From Sedimentisphaerales bacterium (GTDB taxonomy: Bacteria > Planctomycetota > Phycisphaerae > Sedimentisphaerales > SM23-30): a stretch of DNA of 64,000 nucleotides. The translations under genes and the position numbers were made by a program. Shown here piece after piece: positions 27,163 to 36,080 of this stretch. The notes below the pieces were generated by a model. The model was not told the origin of the DNA, ran no database searches, and worked only from the letters and a program-made list of their open reading frames with translations. How positions within the stretch are numbered: position 1 is the stretch's first letter; each line of letters opens with the position of its first letter. Location: NCBI GenBank assembly GCA_963663805.2, contig CAXXMR010000027.1, positions 19,971 through 83,970 of the forward strand, given 5' to 3'.

Positions 27163-27354
27163 AATTATCTCAGAATTTTCCGACAGTTTTTGACCTTTTG
27201 GGTAATGTATCAATAGGAGGCTGATGTTTTTTCTCCCGGGAGTTCGCATGATGAATTTAACCTGACATGATTTTTACCAAAAAGCAATTTTTCCGCGCGA
27301 CAAAATCGGCGTTATCACGGATATAACAGGTGAAGGGAATAAAGGTTTTAAGTA

Positions 27355-27555
27355 ATGACAGAAACATCAATCCAACAGAACATCGCAGATAACGCTTCCG
27401 GTCCGCGTAAGGCCAGCAGCGATTCGGGCAGTGTAGAACAGCATGCCCTGCCGGATCAGATCGCGGCGGATAAATTCCTGGAATCGAAAAAGGCTGTGGC
27501 AAAAAAAGGACTGGGTTTGAAGTTTAACAAGCTCTCGCCGGGAGGCACCATCTAA
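27355..27555 (+). CDS. small phage protein upstream of the portal remnant (head-tail joining gpW-like by position only)
   Basis: 66 aa, ending …KKGLGLKFNKLSPGGTI. Its stop lies 5 nt before the portal-like ORF. Confidence 0.3.
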   Translation: MTETSIQQNIADNASGPRKASSDSGSVEQHALPDQIAADKFLESKKAVAKKGLGLKFNKLSPGGTI

Positions 27556-27560
27556 TCTTT

Positions 27561-27770
27561 ATGAAATGGTTTAAGCGTAAAAATAAGATTCAGACTCCCC
27601 GGAGTATTCCGGTTCGGTTGCGGGCCCGTTATGACGCCGCGCAGACCACCGCCGAGAGGGCATCGGCCTGGGCCCAGTGCCGGGCATTCTCGGCGGATGC
27701 GGCCGCGAACTCGGAAGTCCGCGGTAAACTCCGCCAAGAGAGATTGTTGGCGAATGCCAAGCTTTTCTGA
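27561..27770 (+). pseudogene. N-terminal fragment of a phage portal protein (lambda / Phage_portal_2-like)
   Basis: RARYDAAQTTAERASAWAQCRAFSADAAANSEVRGKLRQ matches my recollection of the conserved N-terminal block of lambda-family portals. The ORF stops after 69 aa and the next gene is unrelated. Confidence 0.45.
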
Positions 27771-27793
27771 AAATCGAATGGTACGGGGAGTGG

Positions 27794-28864
27794 TTATTTT
27801 GGCTGGTTAGATTTGCGGAACTGTTCGTATAGTTGACCGTTGAGCAATGGCTCAACCGGCAGGGTCTGGAAGTAGATATTGCCTATGCCGCCATCGTGGG
27901 AGGAGTAGTAGCTTACATAGAGAGTCTCGTTTTCCATTACCAGCCCGGTGTAACTGCAATCTTTGCCCGCTTCAAAGCGATATAGCCTTTTCGTTTTGCC
28001 TTCCGGGGTCATTGAGAACAGGGCGCAGCCGAGTTGGGACTCCTGATAATCGCGGCTGCCAACGAGATAATTGCCGTCAGGCATGATAAGGAAACAGGGA
28101 CCACCCAACCGCAAATCGGTATTGATCCATTGCCAGTCGGTATAGGGCGGCAGGGCTTTGCCCAGGTGCGATAGGCCGAAATCCTTGTGTTTTTCCTCAC
28201 GAACGAGCAGGATCATTTCGTCGCCGTCGAACTGAATAGCGGTTTCGTTGGCGAAACCTTCGGTTTTGAGCAGTGTTAGTTGTTCCCAGATAATACCGTC
28301 GGTACTTTTAAAAAGAATCAGTTTATTTATACCTCTCTGGTAGCTGACCGAATAGGCGACCCCTTTGTGCCAGACTACCCGCCAGAGCCAGTCCATATAA
28401 CTGACATCTTTACCGGTGAGCAGGCAAGGCAGGGCCTGGGTCCAGTTTTCGCCATCTTTACTGAAAGCAACGTGAGGCTGTCGGCGATAGATATTTCCGT
28501 CGTGGTTCCAGGTGCAGCCCATGTTGACCATCAGTCTGCCGTCAGGCATAATGCTGAGTTTGGGGTCACGCAGGTCTTTGCCGCATTCCTTGATAAGGGC
28601 GACAGACTGCCAGGTTTTGCCTTTGTTGGTTGATTTCATAATGCGAGCCTGGCCGTAGAAAGGGTCTTTCGAGCGGGTTGTATGGCCGTTGCCTTCACGA
28701 AAAGCGACATAGAGATTGCCGTTATAGTTAATCAAATCGGTAAAAGCAGCGTAGTTCTGGTCCCAGATTTTTTGCGGGCCATCATCTTTGGTTGTGTTAT
28801 CGGCGGCGAAGGCAAGCGAGCAGGTGAGCATGGCCGCGATTATTATGGTTGAAGACTTTTTCAT
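27794..28864 (-). CDS. secreted BNR/Asp-box sialidase-fold protein (exo-alpha-sialidase-like)
   Basis: Signal peptide present. Asp-boxes STNKGKTW, SKDGENW and STDGIIW. Conserved FREGNGH and DLRDPKL blocks are shared with 33384-34856 and 34868-35977. Confidence 0.6.
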   Translation of the reverse strand: MKKSSTIIIAAMLTCSLAFAADNTTKDDGPQKIWDQNYAAFTDLINYNGNLYVAFREGNGHTTRSKDPFYGQARIMKSTNKGKTWQSVALIKECGKDLRDPKLSIMPDGRLMVNMGCTWNHDGNIYRRQPHVAFSKDGENWTQALPCLLTGKDVSYMDWLWRVVWHKGVAYSVSYQRGINKLILFKSTDGIIWEQLTLLKTEGFANETAIQFDGDEMILLVREEKHKDFGLSHLGKALPPYTDWQWINTDLRLGGPCFLIMPDGNYLVGSRDYQESQLGCALFSMTPEGKTKRLYRFEAGKDCSYTGLVMENETLYVSYYSSHDGGIGNIYFQTLPVEPLLNGQLYEQFRKSNQPK

Positions 28865-31323
28865 TTTTGGGTCTCCTTGTTGGTATTAGTAATGGTACTT
28901 ATCAATGTTGCGGTTACAACTCCGACGATAAAGGCGACGGGCATAAGCCAGAAAACGCCAATGCCCAGAATATTGTAAAACCCGATTGATACCGCTACAG
29001 CGACACTGGTTAATCCGCCGGCCAGGGTACCGGTGACGGTTGCTTTTTTGACGAACAGGGCCATGAAGAATAATACGAACAGAGGGGCGACGAACAGATT
29101 GACGACTTTAATGACCACTTCGATTACGTTACCCTGTACATTGCCTACGAGGAAGCTACAGGCCATGGAAAGGGCACCGATGGTGAATGAAATGAGCTGT
29201 ACTTTGGATAGTGACGCTTCTTTTCTGGTTTTGCCGAAGCGTTTGATGATGTCTTCGGCGACAACTGATGCTGATGAGCTCAGCCCCGACGAAAGGCTGG
29301 ACATAGCCGCGGCGAGCAGTCCCGCGGTTACCAGCCCGGTCAGTCCGATGGGCAAGCCGACAACGATAAAGCGTGGAAACAGGGTGTCGGCGTTATCATA
29401 TGTATTGGTGCCGGCCGCGAGCAGATAAGGGTGGGCCTGAAAATAAGCCAGTACCGCGATGCCGACGAACATTAGCAGGATTTGCACGATGATAGTGGTT
29501 ACTGCCGAAACGGCGAAGGTTTTTCGGGCGGCCTTTACGTCTTTGGTGGCCAGGTAGCGTTGGATAGCCATCTGGTCGGAACCGGCGGTAAAAACATGCC
29601 AGGAAAAAATATAAATTATCATATTCAATACGGTTCTGCCGCCCAGATTGATTGACCAGTCGAGTTGAGGCCAGTTTTCGGGCCAGGTTTGGGGCATCCA
29701 AGCGGAAACTGAACCGAAAGAGATGGTTATTAGTACAAGCGTTAGTAACGCTCCGCCCAGCAGAATGATGGTTTGAATAACATCGGTGATGACCACCGCC
29801 TTGAGACCGCCGATCGAGGTATAAAGTATCGTCAATCCGCCCATGGCAGCGCAGATGAGAGGGATGTAGGAGCGGTCCACACCGAAAATGCCGATGATGG
29901 CGGTATCGACCGTGATGAATATGATTGTCGCCATCCAGAGGAAACGCAGGGACAGGAAGAAAAACGTTGCCAGCATACGGACGGGAGTGCCGAGTTTTAT
30001 TTCGAGCAGTTCATAAGCACTGGTGACATTACTCTTCATAAATTTGGGAATGAGGAACCAGCCTACAATAAAATAGATCGCAGGAAACGCCGCTAGTCCA
30101 ATGAACAAGACCGGCCCATTTTTGATTGCCTCGCCGGGATAAGCCAGATAACTCAGGGCGCTGAGCATGGTGGCAAAGAATGAGAGGCCTACCATGAAAG
30201 GGTTCATGGCCCGCCCGCCGAGCAGAAAATCTTCGGAATTTTTATTTCGGACGGAACACAGCCAGCCCACAACCAGCATAATCAGACAATACCCCGCCAG
30301 GACCACCCAGTCGAGCCATCTGAAACCGTAATGACCTTTACGAAGCTGACAGAGTTGGGCCCAGGCGGCGGTCAGCCGAACATCAGCGTTGGTGGGATTG
30401 TCTATTTCGCCCTGTTCAGTGATAAGTGGAAATTTGTCGTCCCGGAGCTTTCGGATAACATCGGTTTCACAAACACTATCCATCAGGGCCAAGGCGATAC
30501 ATACTGTCCGCCTAATATTTTTATCGGGAACAGTCGCCATCTCCAGCAATTCATCATAGAACTGCCAGTAACGCAAATCGTCAGCCAGAGGACAACAGAC
30601 CAGAGCAGCAGCCAGAAGGTTCGCTCTGACCTTTTGGTCCATATCCGTAGTAAAAATAACTTCGGCAAGCTCTGACCATTGAGCAGTGCCGAATTTTATT
30701 TTATGGAAACTCACAGCATAGGACGCAATATTCATACGGGTCGGATTTCGAGTTAGAATTTCACGCAGAAGCATTTTGGTGGTATATGTTTTATCCTGAA
30801 TCGCAAGCAGCCACGCGGTAAAGGCACTTTGGGTAATGTCATCACTATTATAAAGGCTTTGGGCGCGGGTTAACTGCCGGTCATTGAGCCGGATTTTAAG
30901 TTTCGCCAGTGTTTCGGTCGCATGGAGAACATCCGGTCCATCTTTATCCATAAATGCTTCGAGGATTTTGTCGATATAAATCTGACGCTGGTCGGGACGT
31001 TGATAGCATTGGGCCAGAGTACGCCAAATGCCGATGCGGTATTGCGGTTCGGTTCCGGCGGTTTCCTGCTGGTCAACAAAGATTTGCCGGATCGATTCCA
31101 GATCCTGCGGATAACCCAGAGCCAGCAGATATTCCGCCGCGTGGACCTTAACCCAGCCCTGCTGCGTTTGCAGGCTGTGACGTAAGATATTAAGGGCCTG
31201 TTCGCGAGGTTCGGCGTCAGCGGAATTATTTTTGTCGCTGGTATTATCGCAGCCGGACAGGGCGATGAGGGTGCAAATCAGAGCGAATATTGTTTTGACA
31301 GCTTTTGGGGTATTTTTTTTCAT
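28861..31323 (-). CDS. fusion protein: lipoprotein-anchored HEAT/ARM-like repeat domain plus sodium:solute symporter (SSS/SLC5) permease
   Basis: Lipobox LIALSGCDN. About 330 aa of helical repeats follow (VKVHAAEYLLALG, VRANLLAAALV, IRRTVCIALALM, VRLTAAWAQL). A polytopic SSS core of about 490 aa follows (FLLGGRAMNPFMVGLSFFATMLSALSYLAYPGEA…). Confidence 0.65.
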   Translation of the reverse strand: MKKNTPKAVKTIFALICTLIALSGCDNTSDKNNSADAEPREQALNILRHSLQTQQGWVKVHAAEYLLALGYPQDLESIRQIFVDQQETAGTEPQYRIGIWRTLAQCYQRPDQRQIYIDKILEAFMDKDGPDVLHATETLAKLKIRLNDRQLTRAQSLYNSDDITQSAFTAWLLAIQDKTYTTKMLLREILTRNPTRMNIASYAVSFHKIKFGTAQWSELAEVIFTTDMDQKVRANLLAAALVCCPLADDLRYWQFYDELLEMATVPDKNIRRTVCIALALMDSVCETDVIRKLRDDKFPLITEQGEIDNPTNADVRLTAAWAQLCQLRKGHYGFRWLDWVVLAGYCLIMLVVGWLCSVRNKNSEDFLLGGRAMNPFMVGLSFFATMLSALSYLAYPGEAIKNGPVLFIGLAAFPAIYFIVGWFLIPKFMKSNVTSAYELLEIKLGTPVRMLATFFFLSLRFLWMATIIFITVDTAIIGIFGVDRSYIPLICAAMGGLTILYTSIGGLKAVVITDVIQTIILLGGALLTLVLITISFGSVSAWMPQTWPENWPQLDWSINLGGRTVLNMIIYIFSWHVFTAGSDQMAIQRYLATKDVKAARKTFAVSAVTTIIVQILLMFVGIAVLAYFQAHPYLLAAGTNTYDNADTLFPRFIVVGLPIGLTGLVTAGLLAAAMSSLSSGLSSSASVVAEDIIKRFGKTRKEASLSKVQLISFTIGALSMACSFLVGNVQGNVIEVVIKVVNLFVAPLFVLFFMALFVKKATVTGTLAGGLTSVAVAVSIGFYNILGIGVFWLMPVAFIVGVVTATLISTITNTNKETQK

Positions 31324-31329
31324 ATCTCT

Positions 31330-33354
31330 CTACGGGCAGAATGTCGAGGGTTCCAAATTACAAATCAGCCAGTTCTCCGCCATTAGTTTCAGGTCGATAA
31401 TGTCAACGCCACAATTGTTGTCGATATCGCCGGGGTAATTGTGGTCACAACCAGTCTCGAAGCTCCAGATCGGTCCAGTATAAACATTGTTCATAAGCAC
31501 AATATCGACGCGCCAATAATAAACGGTAAGCTCGTCAAGTGCAATTTCTAATGAATTGCTGTCTTGAAGAATGCTGACCGGTGTTTCCGGCAGGGCAGGT
31601 GTGGTTCCTATGTATATGTTATACTGATATTGCCCGGCGGGGTAGGCATTCCAGCTAAGTTCGGCATTTGTGGGGACGATTTCGTCGTTATGGGCAGGTG
31701 AATGACTTGTAAAATATAACAGATTGCTATTTGAGGCAAGGTCGCCGCGTCCGCCGTTTATGTCGGTGGCCGATGTGACATCTTCCATGCTGGTATAACT
31801 ATTGGTTGCAAGCGAGTAGATGCCGAAGGTGTCGTTGCCGTCGAAGGTTCTGAAAACGCATATTCGGTCGTCATTCTGATTTGAAAAAGCACAGCCGACC
31901 AGTCCGTTACTGGTATCACCGGTCGGCGTGGCAATATAAGTCAACTGGCCGGTCGAGGTGTCCAGTGACCAGATTTTGTTCGAGTTGCCGATAAGGTAAG
32001 CGTTGTTTTGAGAATCAAAGGTCAGGTCGATGATGTTGTTGGCCTGGGAATAGTAGTTAGTGCCGCTTAGATTATAAGTTGCGATAATCGAACCGTTGGA
32101 ATCGTTTATTTTTAGAAGTTGACCGGCCTGATTGTCAACCAGCCAGAGATTGTCCTGTTTGTCAAAGGCGGCTGCGGCTGCGAAGTAACTTTGTTCTGTT
32201 CCCAACGGCACAACTTCCACTCCGTCGGGACCGGCCAGGGTGGTGTTGTCTATCAGAACCATTTGGCTGGCAACAATACCGCTGTTGTCAGTTAAAGCGA
32301 AGGCAAGGGCCCTTCCCTGTGAGTTGATCGCCAGGGCGTCCAGGCAAACATATTCTGACTCCAAAGTTACCATACCGTGACTGGTGATATGGTTGTTGAT
32401 CAGGTTGATTTCAAAAAAAGCCGTAGGGGCAGTCGAGTACAAGGGCGCGTCATTAGTTGCGGCGGTTTGTATTCCGTATACCATGTCATACTGAATAAGT
32501 GTATCGCCGCGAAACACTGCCATATCACCCCGGCCGCCTTCATTGCCGGTTACTTCCCGTACGGTGCCATAATATGTATAAGAACCTATAGTCTGGCCCG
32601 CTACCGAAAAGGAATAAATCGTGTCGTCACCGCCCCAGGTGCGAAAAGCGTATATTTCATCATCGTCGCTGGGATTAACGGCAGCGCCGCACAAGCCGCT
32701 GGGCAGGGCTGGGCCGGTAATAGCCGTCATTTGGCCGTTTGTCACATCGAGTGTCCAGACCAGGTTGCTGTTACCAACCACATAAGCGATATTCTGACTG
32801 TCGAAGCTGAGGTCCAGCACACTGTTGACCGCACTAGCGTTATATCCACCGCCTGTCAGCGTCACGGACGAGATAATTTCACCGTTGAGGTCGTTAATCT
32901 GATGAAGGAGACCGGAAATATTATCGATAACCCATAAAATGTTGCTGTTGTCGTAAGCCGCTGCGGTAGCGAAATAGTCCTGCTGGTCGCCCAGGGAACA
33001 GGCGGTAATGTCGGTTTGAGACGACGATTCGGTATCAATTAAAATCAAGGTACTCTGGGCAGTGTCATTGGCGGGATCGGAAATAATAAACGCAACCATT
33101 TTGCCGAACGAATTAATCGCCAAGCCATCGGCTCTGATATAAACACCATCGACCTTTATGTTGCCATAACCAACAAGCTCCTGTGTGGCGGGGTTGATTT
33201 CAAAGAGCGAAGTCGGAGCGTCGCAATAAACAGGAGCGTTGGCGTTATTAGTTTTGGATTGAATGCAAAATATGCTTCCTGCCTGAGTCTGGGCAATTAA
33301 AATGATGTGCATACATAATATATAAGTCCAGATAAATCGCTTATACATTGCCAT
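31330..33354 (-). CDS. secreted protein with an internally duplicated beta-propeller-like domain, an FN3-like module and a dockerin-like C-terminal tail
   Basis: Two homologous halves (APVYCDAPTSLFEINPATQ… and APLYSTAPTAFFEINLINN…). The YYWRVD module and the tail GDIDNNCGVDIIDLKLMAENWLICN are present. Confidence 0.55.
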   Translation of the reverse strand: MAMYKRFIWTYILCMHIILIAQTQAGSIFCIQSKTNNANAPVYCDAPTSLFEINPATQELVGYGNIKVDGVYIRADGLAINSFGKMVAFIISDPANDTAQSTLILIDTESSSQTDITACSLGDQQDYFATAAAYDNSNILWVIDNISGLLHQINDLNGEIISSVTLTGGGYNASAVNSVLDLSFDSQNIAYVVGNSNLVWTLDVTNGQMTAITGPALPSGLCGAAVNPSDDDEIYAFRTWGGDDTIYSFSVAGQTIGSYTYYGTVREVTGNEGGRGDMAVFRGDTLIQYDMVYGIQTAATNDAPLYSTAPTAFFEINLINNHITSHGMVTLESEYVCLDALAINSQGRALAFALTDNSGIVASQMVLIDNTTLAGPDGVEVVPLGTEQSYFAAAAAFDKQDNLWLVDNQAGQLLKINDSNGSIIATYNLSGTNYYSQANNIIDLTFDSQNNAYLIGNSNKIWSLDTSTGQLTYIATPTGDTSNGLVGCAFSNQNDDRICVFRTFDGNDTFGIYSLATNSYTSMEDVTSATDINGGRGDLASNSNLLYFTSHSPAHNDEIVPTNAELSWNAYPAGQYQYNIYIGTTPALPETPVSILQDSNSLEIALDELTVYYWRVDIVLMNNVYTGPIWSFETGCDHNYPGDIDNNCGVDIIDLKLMAENWLICNLEPSTFCP

Positions 33355-33383
33355 AAGCCTTTCTGTTGCGTTTTAGAGGCATT

Positions 33384-34856
33384 TTATTTTTCCCAGTCCA
33401 TGAGCAAAAGAGCGAAATCATTCAGGTCAACAATGCAGTCATCATTCAGGTCTCCTTGCGGGTGTGATTGGCAGATTGGCTCACCGGAAACGAAACTCCA
33501 GACATCCCCGGCATTCAACAAAGTACCGCTGTCGTCGCGGGTATCGACTCGCCAGTAGTACTCTGTGTTTATATCCAATATTCCCAGTCCGGCATAAGAA
33601 AGTTCGGTAACATTGTCCTGGAAAATCAGACTTGCCGAGTTAGTCCCAAAATACACATCATAAGAAACTGCTTCTCCAAAACATTGCCAGCTCAATTCGG
33701 TTTCAAGCGGCACTTCTGCTTGCTCGTCATAAGGTTGGGGATTATAAGGCTGATTCGGTTGGCCGAAATTGCCGTTTACTATGGCAAAGTAAATATTGGG
33801 CGAACCTCCTTCATGGCCGGAATAATAACTAATGTACAAAGTATTACCGTCCAGATAGAGTCCGGCATAACTGTTGTCACCGCCGCTGGGCAGTTCCAGA
33901 AGGTCTTCCCAAAGACCGTCTTTGGTGATTTCGAATAGTCCGGTCATTTTACTGCCGGTCGAAGTACTCTGATATTGACGGCCCGCGGCGAGCAGGCGAC
34001 CGTTGGGCAAGATAATGAAATTTGGTCCGCCGATTTCGCGGTGAAGTGAATTTTCATCGAGCAGAGCGTTCCAGCTCCAGGTCGTATAACCGCCGGCCAG
34101 ATCGGACCAGCCGATATACGCTTGATTCGCATATGATCGTACGAGGCAAATCATCTCGTCATTATTGGCAAATCTCAAAGTCATCTCGGAGCTTCTTGCC
34201 GGCAGGGGCATTTTGACGACGGCGTTGAACTGAATGCCGTCCGTCGAGTTGAAAAGCCAGTGGTCCTGATTGGGATGGGCGGAAATCGAGCGATACGAGG
34301 CAGTGTAAGCCATGCTGTTATTCCAGGTCAGTCGCCAGGGCCATTCCGATTCGTATTGCTGATAAACACCGTCCGGGCCTGCAAATGTTTCTATCATGGG
34401 GCCAAACTCGCTATTAACCGAATCCCAGAATGATATCCAGGTCTTGCGTCTTTCCAGATATGTCCCTTCATAGTCGGCCCCGGTAAACCAGACCATCAAC
34501 TGGCCATTGTCGTCCATGGCGAGTTTTGAGTCCCGCAGGTCAAAGTCGTCCATCCGAAAATCTGCGACTCTGGTCCAGGCGATTCCGTCATTAGATTTGA
34601 TTACCGCGATTCGACCATCACGTCCACCTACATGTGCGTTACTCTCGCGAAAGGTTACAAAGAAACTGTCGCCAACGAAAGCCAGGTCCGTAAAAGCACA
34701 ATAGCTGTCAATTACGCCGGGCTCACGTTGGCCCTGCGTCCATATTTTGCGTACCGCCTCAAGCTGCAAATTGAGGTCGGAGGCAAAGGAGATGGAACTG
34801 AAAAGAAAGAGAAGTCCGGTGATATTTCTAATAAATCTGCTGTGTTTCATTGCCAA
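33384..34856 (-). CDS. secreted BNR/Asp-box sialidase-fold protein with an FN3-like module and a dockerin-like tail
   Basis: Asp-boxes KSNDGIAW and NSTDGIQF. FRESNAH and DLRDSKL blocks are present. The C-terminal YYWRVD module and the tail GDLNDDCIVDLNDFALLLMDW are present. Confidence 0.6.
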   Translation of the reverse strand: MAMKHSRFIRNITGLLFLFSSISFASDLNLQLEAVRKIWTQGQREPGVIDSYCAFTDLAFVGDSFFVTFRESNAHVGGRDGRIAVIKSNDGIAWTRVADFRMDDFDLRDSKLAMDDNGQLMVWFTGADYEGTYLERRKTWISFWDSVNSEFGPMIETFAGPDGVYQQYESEWPWRLTWNNSMAYTASYRSISAHPNQDHWLFNSTDGIQFNAVVKMPLPARSSEMTLRFANNDEMICLVRSYANQAYIGWSDLAGGYTTWSWNALLDENSLHREIGGPNFIILPNGRLLAAGRQYQSTSTGSKMTGLFEITKDGLWEDLLELPSGGDNSYAGLYLDGNTLYISYYSGHEGGSPNIYFAIVNGNFGQPNQPYNPQPYDEQAEVPLETELSWQCFGEAVSYDVYFGTNSASLIFQDNVTELSYAGLGILDINTEYYWRVDTRDDSGTLLNAGDVWSFVSGEPICQSHPQGDLNDDCIVDLNDFALLLMDWEK

Positions 34857-34867
34857 TCCTTTTGCTT

Positions 34868-35977
34868 TTAATTGGCCGCTGAGGAGTTATTGAAGTTGCC
34901 ATTGATGACCGCGAAATAAATGTGAGGTCCTTTTTGGTGCTTGGAATAATAGCTCATATACAATTTATTTCCGTCGATATGCAGGCCGGGATAACCATTA
35001 TCGCCGCCGCTGGGCAGTTCGATGGTATCGGTCCACAAACCATCCCGGGTAATCTCAAAAATTCCGGTCATGGGTCTGCCGCTGGAAGTTTTTTCATATT
35101 GACGACCAGAAGCGATCATTCTGCCGTTATCAAGAATCAGAAAGTTTGGCCCGCCAATACGCCGATGTGTACCGTCCTTGTCTTTTAGAGGTTTCCAGGT
35201 CCAGTTGGTATAATTTTCCGCACGGGTTGCCCAGCCGATATAGGCGAGGTCTTTGTCACGGCTGCGGCCAAAGCATACAATATTGTCATTTTCAGAAAAA
35301 CGTAACGCCATTTCACACATCAAAATCGGTGCTTCCAGTTTGACTACCGGTTTATACTTTATCCCGTCAGCGGACGAGAACAGCCAGTTGTCCCTGTTGT
35401 TACTTGATGACACCCATCGATACGAAGCCGTGAAAGCTTTTCCATTATGCCAGGTCAGAGCCCAGGGCCATTCGGAATTGAACTCCTGATAATTACTGCC
35501 GGTATCGGGAATTGTTTCTGTGACAGGACCAAATGCCGACTTGCTGTCATCCCAGAATGCGATCCAGGTTTTTCTGCCCTGCAAATATTTGTCCTTGTAA
35601 TCAGCACCGGTGAACCACACTGCCATTTTTCCCTGAGCATCTATCGCGAATTTGGAGTCCCGCAAATCATAAATATCATTGCGAAAATCCGCTACTCTCT
35701 GCCAGTTTTCCCGGTCCTTGGAGCGAATTACCGCGATCCTGCCGTTTCTGCCGTAAACGTGCCTGTCACTCTCGCGAAACGTAACATAATAATACCCGTT
35801 CAGGAAAACCAGGTCAGTGAAAGCACTGTAGCTGTCAACTACACCCGGTTGTCGTTCGCTTTGCGCCCATATTTGCCGGACAGATTCGATTTGAAGACTC
35901 AGTTCATCGCCTTGGACAGAGTTGAGGATGGAGATTGTTACTAAAAACGCGGTGATGTATAACTTCCTGTGGTTCAC
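34868..35977 (-). CDS. secreted BNR/Asp-box sialidase-fold protein (paralogue, no tail)
   Basis: It aligns along its length with 33384-34856 (FRESDRH, DLRDSKF, SSADGIKY). The start is taken at GTG (VNHRKLYITAFLV…), just before the signal peptide. Confidence 0.55.
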   Translation of the reverse strand: MNHRKLYITAFLVTISILNSVQGDELSLQIESVRQIWAQSERQPGVVDSYSAFTDLVFLNGYYYVTFRESDRHVYGRNGRIAVIRSKDRENWQRVADFRNDIYDLRDSKFAIDAQGKMAVWFTGADYKDKYLQGRKTWIAFWDDSKSAFGPVTETIPDTGSNYQEFNSEWPWALTWHNGKAFTASYRWVSSSNNRDNWLFSSADGIKYKPVVKLEAPILMCEMALRFSENDNIVCFGRSRDKDLAYIGWATRAENYTNWTWKPLKDKDGTHRRIGGPNFLILDNGRMIASGRQYEKTSSGRPMTGIFEITRDGLWTDTIELPSGGDNGYPGLHIDGNKLYMSYYSKHQKGPHIYFAVINGNFNNSSAAN

Positions 35978-36080
35978 TTCTGGGCCTTTCTGCGATCTTT
36001 GTTTAAGGTGAAAGCAGGTCTGAAGACAACATCTCATCCCCAAACCTGCTTTGTTGGGTTCTAAACGAAAATGGTTTTAC

